Source of the DNA: Candidatus Odinarchaeota archaeon
GTDB lineage: Archaea; Asgardarchaeota; Odinarchaeia; Odinarchaeales; Odinarchaeaceae
DNA: 22,189 bases
Reading direction: 5' to 3'
NCBI GenBank assembly: GCA_038826135.1
Contig: JAWBON010000013.1
Span: forward strand, 1-22,189
In this document: one piece after another, positions 17,854-22,189 of the stretch
Layout of the letters: each line of letters opens with the position of its first letter
Numbering within the stretch: the stretch's first letter is position 1
The notes under the pieces: model-generated
Seen by the model: only the letters and a program-made list of their open reading frames with translations
Told to the model about the DNA's origin: nothing
Database searches by the model: none
Translations under genes and position numbers: made by a program

Positions 17854-18583
17854 GGCGTCTTTAAACATGGCTATAGACGCTGCTATATTAGATGAGGTTT
17901 CAGCTGGCAGAAGCCCTCCTACACTGCGATTATACAGATGGAGGCCGTCAGCTGTTTCAATCGGATATTTTCAAAGCATAGTGGAAGAGGTTAATATAGA
18001 AGCGTGTAGAGAAAAAGGGGTTGACATAGTTAGAAGGATGACAGGCGGCGGCGCAGTATACCACTCCTATAACGGTGAGATCACATATAGTGTAATTCTC
18101 CCTGAAAAATATGAGAATATACCTAAAGACATAATTAGATCTTACGAGCTTATATGCGGTGGAATTGTTAACGCTCTTGGCGTGCTAGGATTAAAAGCAC
18201 AGTTTAAACCAGTAAACGATATTATCGTAGGCGGACGAAAAATCTCGGGAAACGCTCAGACTAGAAGGAAAGGCGTTATTCTGCAGCATGGCACGATATT
18301 ATTAGATTTAAATATAGACGAAATGTTCACTTTTCTAAAAGTTTCTAAAGAGAAAATATCTGATAAACTTATAAAATCCGTGGAGGAGAGAGTCACATCT
18401 ATAACGGCTGAAATCGGCAGCAAACCAGATTACTCTAAAATCTCAGAGCTGCTTATTAAAGGTTTTTCCGAGAGCTTAAAATTTAACTACAAGTTTAATG
18501 GCTTAACACGTATAGAGCAAAAGCTTACTAGAGAGTATGATGAAACCCAGTTTAATAATGAAGAATGGGTTTTTAGAAGGTAG
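17819..18583 (+). CDS. lplA: Lipoate:protein ligase catalytic subunit (small LplA)
   Basis: NMAIDAAIL, PTLRLYRW, VRRMTGGGAVYH, NDI...RKISGNAQ, LQHGTILL. The start is probably the ATG at 17819 (AGGTGA SD). Confidence 0.92.
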   Translation: MSWRVIPLAVNKASLNMAIDAAILDEVSAGRSPPTLRLYRWRPSAVSIGYFQSIVEEVNIEACREKGVDIVRRMTGGGAVYHSYNGEITYSVILPEKYENIPKDIIRSYELICGGIVNALGVLGLKAQFKPVNDIIVGGRKISGNAQTRRKGVILQHGTILLDLNIDEMFTFLKVSKEKISDKLIKSVEERVTSITAEIGSKPDYSKISELLIKGFSESLKFNYKFNGLTRIEQKLTREYDETQFNNEEWVFRR

Positions 18584-18588
18584 TAAAA

Positions 18589-18870
18589 TTGAAGACTTCG
18601 GAGCTTAAAGTTAAAGGCGGTAAACTAGTTAAATGCAGATTAGAGGTTGAAGACGGATGTATAAAAAGTATAAGGTATATAGGCGACTTCTTTCTACATC
18701 CAGAGGAGTCTATCGAGAGACTTGAAGCTTTATTAACCGGGGTTAAGGCTACTGGTGATAAAGTTAAATATATAATAGAAGATTTTTTCAAAGACAGCGA
18801 GTTGAAACTTATAGGCGCAGCGCCAGCTGATTTTATAACAGTAACATTAAACTGCTTAGAGGATTTGTGA
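18589..18870 (+). CDS. lplB: Lipoate:protein ligase accessory subunit LplB
   Basis: KVKGGKLVK, IRYIGDFFLHPEESIERLEALLTG match the LplA C-terminal/LplB domain; follows lplA directly. Confidence 0.9.
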   Translation: MKTSELKVKGGKLVKCRLEVEDGCIKSIRYIGDFFLHPEESIERLEALLTGVKATGDKVKYIIEDFFKDSELKLIGAAPADFITVTLNCLEDL

Positions 18871-19887
18871 ATGGAGCATGATCTTTTTTCACAAATTACT
18901 GGGGGAAATAAGAGAATCAATGTATGCGCTGCTGAGAAAATTTTTTTCCAAAACAAGTTAACAAACGAGGAGCTCAGTGAAGCTGCTAGAAATTATTTTA
19001 AAACAAATTTCAATAATGAGATTAAATTTTTTTATCCTGGTCTAAGATTTCCCGCAGTGTCGTTAACAAATCAATCTTGCCAGCTTAAATGTGATCATTG
19101 TAATAGGAGATACTTGGAGTATATGAAACCTATATCTGAATATCATTCTCTAGTCGAGTTCGCTAAGAAAATGGAGTCAGCGGGTGCTTTAGGAGCTTTA
19201 ATAAGCGGAGGGTGTGACCTGGAGGGAGCTGTGCCGCTTGAAGAGTTTTTAGAAGATATACGCAAAGTAAAGAAGGAGACCTCCCTAGTTTTAAATATTC
19301 ACACAGGGTTGATAAAAGATGAGGTTATAAATAAACTGGAAAGGACAGGCGCCGACATCGTCTCCTTCGAAGTTATAGGGGATAACACGGTTATTAAAAA
19401 AATTTTACACCTAAATAAGTCTGCAGCAGATTACTCCCATACTTTTAAATCTTTAAAGAAATCGATGATGAAAATTGTTCCGCATATATGTCTTGGATTA
19501 AATATGGGGTTAATAAAAAGAGAATTTGAGGCTCTAAAGATTATAGAAGAGTTTAACCCTGATATAATAGTCGTCATCATTTTCACACCTACTATAGGAA
19601 CACCCCTCCAGAATGTGAAACCACCTTCTATTTACTCTATAGAAAGGTTTTTATCAATTCTAAGAATTCTATTTCCTAAAAGCGAGTTAAGTTTAGGCTG
19701 TATGAGACCTAAAAAAGGATTAAAAACAGAGATTGAGAAGGCAGCGCTGCTTTCAGGGGTAAATAGATTTGTAAACCCGTCCTCTAAGATGAGTAAATAC
19801 GCTGCTGAAATGGGTATTTCTGTGAAAAAATATTACGGGTGCTGCAGCCTCCCGCAGGGTATACTATCGTCTTTTGAAATAATCTAG
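18871..19887 (+). CDS. lipS1: Radical SAM lipoyl synthase subunit LipS1
   Basis: CQLKCDHC radical SAM motif, ALISGG, GCMRP (the GC(M/A)R motif) and a C-terminal CC motif (YGCCS). The ATG directly follows the lplB stop. Confidence 0.85.
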   Translation: MEHDLFSQITGGNKRINVCAAEKIFFQNKLTNEELSEAARNYFKTNFNNEIKFFYPGLRFPAVSLTNQSCQLKCDHCNRRYLEYMKPISEYHSLVEFAKKMESAGALGALISGGCDLEGAVPLEEFLEDIRKVKKETSLVLNIHTGLIKDEVINKLERTGADIVSFEVIGDNTVIKKILHLNKSAADYSHTFKSLKKSMMKIVPHICLGLNMGLIKREFEALKIIEEFNPDIIVVIIFTPTIGTPLQNVKPPSIYSIERFLSILRILFPKSELSLGCMRPKKGLKTEIEKAALLSGVNRFVNPSSKMSKYAAEMGISVKKYYGCCSLPQGILSSFEII

Positions 19888-21120
19888 TATAATATCCATC
19901 AGCTTAGAGGCTACTTCTCTTTTATGGTTTAACGGTATATGGTGAACTTTCATCTGTCTGTCGATAACGAATAACTCGTTAGTCAGTGATTTAAAACCCC
20001 TACCTTCCTTTGAAACATCGTTTGCGGCTATTAAATCTAAAGCGGATTCTTGAAGTTTACTGTAAGCTCTTTTAACAAGCTCTTCTTCTGAGACAGCTGT
20101 TTCAGCTTTAAAACCCACTAAAAAAACATCTTTACCCATTTTTCTTATTTCATTAATGATTTTAGGTAATGGTTTAAGCGACACTAGCAGCTCGCTTTTA
20201 CCTGTAGGTATTTTAAATTTTTCAGTGTTCATAGGGCCGTAGTCTGACACCGCCGCCGGATGAATTATTATATCATATTTTCTTGTTTTAATCTCGTTTA
20301 ATATTGCGTTAAGCATCTCTTCACCTGTTTCCACCCTTATAGTTCTAATATGTTCAGGCGGTTCAACAGTGCCTACGCCGTATACAAGGGTTACATCAGC
20401 GCCTCTAGCCTCCGCTTCTAACGCTATTTCCACACCTGTTCTACCTGAACTAGCATTACCGATGAAGCGAATCGGATCTATGTATTCTCTAGTTCCACCG
20501 GCTGTTACTAAAACTCTAAGACCCTCATAATCATTCCTCTTAGTTAAAATATTGATAGTTCTAGCTATTATGCTTTCAATCGTCGCTATCTTAGCTTTCC
20601 CTTCTTCTAGTCTCGGGCTGATGAAGATCACACCAAGTTTTTTAAGTTTTTCAATGTTTTCTTGCACTACCGGATGATTATACATGCTTTCATGCATAGC
20701 GGGCACTATGGCTATAGGGATACCTGCACCGAACGCTGTGCTAACTACTGTGGTTACAGGTGTGTCATCTATTCCAGATGCGATTTTACTTATGGTGTTA
20801 GCTGTACATGGGGCCACTAAAACCAGATCCACATGACCGAGATGGGCCCCTGCTAATTCAACATGTTCAAGTAAGCCGCTGAGTTTAGTGACAACACGGT
20901 TACCTGTCGCCCATTGCATTAAATCCGCGCCTATAAGATTTAAAGCACTCGGACTCATTACAGCGAATACTTCAGCACCGTTACGCATCAGCTCTCTAGC
21001 TATTATAGGGCATTGAATAGCTGCGACGCTGCCTGTAATGCAGAGTGCAATCTTCTTATTTTTCAGGATTGTGCTTTTACTTCCAATTATATCTTTTGAT
21101 ATGTGACTGGTTGAAAGCAA
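19864..21120 (-). CDS. coaBC: Bifunctional phosphopantothenoylcysteine decarboxylase / phosphopantothenate-cysteine ligase
   Basis: CITGSVAA, VAPCTANTISK, PAMHESMY, VTAGGTREYIDPIRFIGNASSGRTG, AAVSDY, VGFKAET, AANDV; GGTGA SD before a TTG. Confidence 0.97.
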   Translation of the reverse strand: MLSTSHISKDIIGSKSTILKNKKIALCITGSVAAIQCPIIARELMRNGAEVFAVMSPSALNLIGADLMQWATGNRVVTKLSGLLEHVELAGAHLGHVDLVLVAPCTANTISKIASGIDDTPVTTVVSTAFGAGIPIAIVPAMHESMYNHPVVQENIEKLKKLGVIFISPRLEEGKAKIATIESIIARTINILTKRNDYEGLRVLVTAGGTREYIDPIRFIGNASSGRTGVEIALEAEARGADVTLVYGVGTVEPPEHIRTIRVETGEEMLNAILNEIKTRKYDIIIHPAAVSDYGPMNTEKFKIPTGKSELLVSLKPLPKIINEIRKMGKDVFLVGFKAETAVSEEELVKRAYSKLQESALDLIAANDVSKEGRGFKSLTNELFVIDRQMKVHHIPLNHKREVASKLMDIILDYFKRR

Positions 21121-21216
21121 ATGTTTTCACCTTTAGTTATAGGGTGACTTAAGTATCTATATACTTTTTGTTTATAATTTATATAGCTAAATATTTCTGC
21201 TTATAAAATATTAAAA

Positions 21217-21735
21217 CTATATAGATTTTTTTTCAGATAAATAGGCTTCTGCTAAATTCCAGTAGATTAACGCGTTTTCCTTAATCGCAGCCAGCTTATC
21301 TTTCGATAAAACACCCTTAACAATAGCCGGGACACCTACAACGAGACTATTATCCGGTATAATAGTTTTCTCTAATATCACAGCTCCAGCTCCGATTATA
21401 CAGTTTTCACCTATCACCGCGTTATTCAATACCACGGCCCCCATCCCCACGATCACGTAATCTTTAATCTTACAACCGTGGATTATCGCACCGTGTCCGA
21501 CAGTCACATAATCTCCTATTTCAACTCTCCCTTGAACATCTGAATGAATCACAGAGTTATCCTGGATATTAGTGTACTCGCCGATAATTATCTCACCCTC
21601 ATCCCCTCTTAGAACAGCGTTCGGCCATACGCTTGAAAAACGACCTATCTTAACATTACCTATTATTAAAGCGCCTTCATCCAGATATGTTTCATCAGCT
21701 ATTTGAGGAGTTTTACCACGGAATGTTTTTATCAT
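21217..21735 (-). CDS. Gamma-class carbonic anhydrase family / hexapeptide-repeat protein
   Basis: Left-handed beta-helix repeats; VLRGD, NIQDNSVIH, VTVGHGAIIHGC supply three His metal ligands. Confidence 0.92.
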   Translation of the reverse strand: MIKTFRGKTPQIADETYLDEGALIIGNVKIGRFSSVWPNAVLRGDEGEIIIGEYTNIQDNSVIHSDVQGRVEIGDYVTVGHGAIIHGCKIKDYVIVGMGAVVLNNAVIGENCIIGAGAVILEKTIIPDNSLVVGVPAIVKGVLSKDKLAAIKENALIYWNLAEAYLSEKKSI

Positions 21736-21743
21736 ATAGACCC

Positions 21744-22187
21744 CTACCAGTAAACAAGTAGCCCAGTGTTATTAATAGGTGTGGAAATAATTCTATTTTT
21801 CTCAAAAAATTTCTCCATTACACTAATAACAGAGGATTTTACACTCTCCTTCACAATCGTGAAAACCGTTTCACCGATCATACACATGCTTGAAGCCACA
21901 TTTATTTTATCCAATTTTTCTAAGACCTCTGAAACTCTTGATGTGAGGAGACCTGTTTTTTCAACAAAGTCACGTGAAAGTTTTAGAAAATTATCAATTG
22001 AAGGGGAGAATAATAGTTTCCTGATGCATTTGCCTCCATGCAGATTAATATCTTCAAATATGATTTCTCTACTAAGTATTGTCTTTGTAGGAATAGGGCC
22101 GAAACTAGCGGATATAATTATATACCCTGGAGGGGTGAAAATTTTATCAATAAGATTTCTACCAGGAGGCCCACCCCTCCTTGTGAT
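21744..22187 (-). CDS. pok: Pantoate kinase (GHMP family), C-terminal part, 5'-truncated by the window edge
   Basis: Not in the ORF track. Manual translation gives an open frame from 22187 to the TAG at 21744-21746: ITRRGGPPG...SFGPIPTKTILS...NFLKLSRDFVEKTGL...SSMCMIGETVF...INNTG. It lies upstream of coaBC on the same strand. Confidence 0.8.
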   Translation of the reverse strand: MTRRGGPPGRNLIDKIFTPPGYIIISASFGPIPTKTILSREIIFEDINLHGGKCIRKLLFSPSIDNFLKLSRDFVEKTGLLTSRVSEVLEKLDKINVASSMCMIGETVFTIVKESVKSSVISVMEKFFEKNRIISTPINNTGLLVYW

Positions 22188-22189
22188 TG

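Noticed and set aside
15066-18956. Short ORFs 15066-15299, 15670-15864, 15920-16150, 16684-16884 and 18573-18956
   Set aside because: They overlap better-supported genes on the opposite strand and have no coherent protein features.
1-22189. CRISPR arrays, IS elements/transposases, integrases, rRNA and tRNA genes
   Set aside because: I saw no regularly spaced repeats, terminal inverted repeats, recombinase motifs or RNA gene signatures; nearly all the sequence is accounted for by protein-coding genes.

Overview
Gene-dense archaeal chromosomal window. Single-domain gelsolin, longin-like and SNAP-like proteins alongside TFB, RFC-L and topoisomerase VI point to an Asgard archaeon, possibly Odinarchaeia; the taxonomy is inference. 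In order: the 3' part of a large glycosylated single-pass surface protein, a longin/uDENN-like plus tandem winged-helix protein, an MFS transporter, rfcL divergent from tfb, three small hypothetical genes, a cyclophilin-like (DUF369) gene, grpE-dnaK-dnaJ, an AmmeMemoRadiSam radical SAM enzyme, top6B-top6A, a single-domain gelsolin divergent from an alpha-SNAP-like helical-repeat gene, a lipS2-lplA-lplB-lipS1 lipoate-assembly operon, coaBC, a gamma-carbonic anhydrase-family gene and the 3' part of pantoate kinase (absent from the ORF track). I saw no rRNA, tRNA, CRISPR array or mobile element. The most interesting signals are the three eukaryotic-signature-like genes, the surface protein/longin gene pair, the LipS1/S2 lipoate operon and a ~60-aa insertion in TopoVI-B. 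All family calls come from motif recognition by eye; no database search was run.
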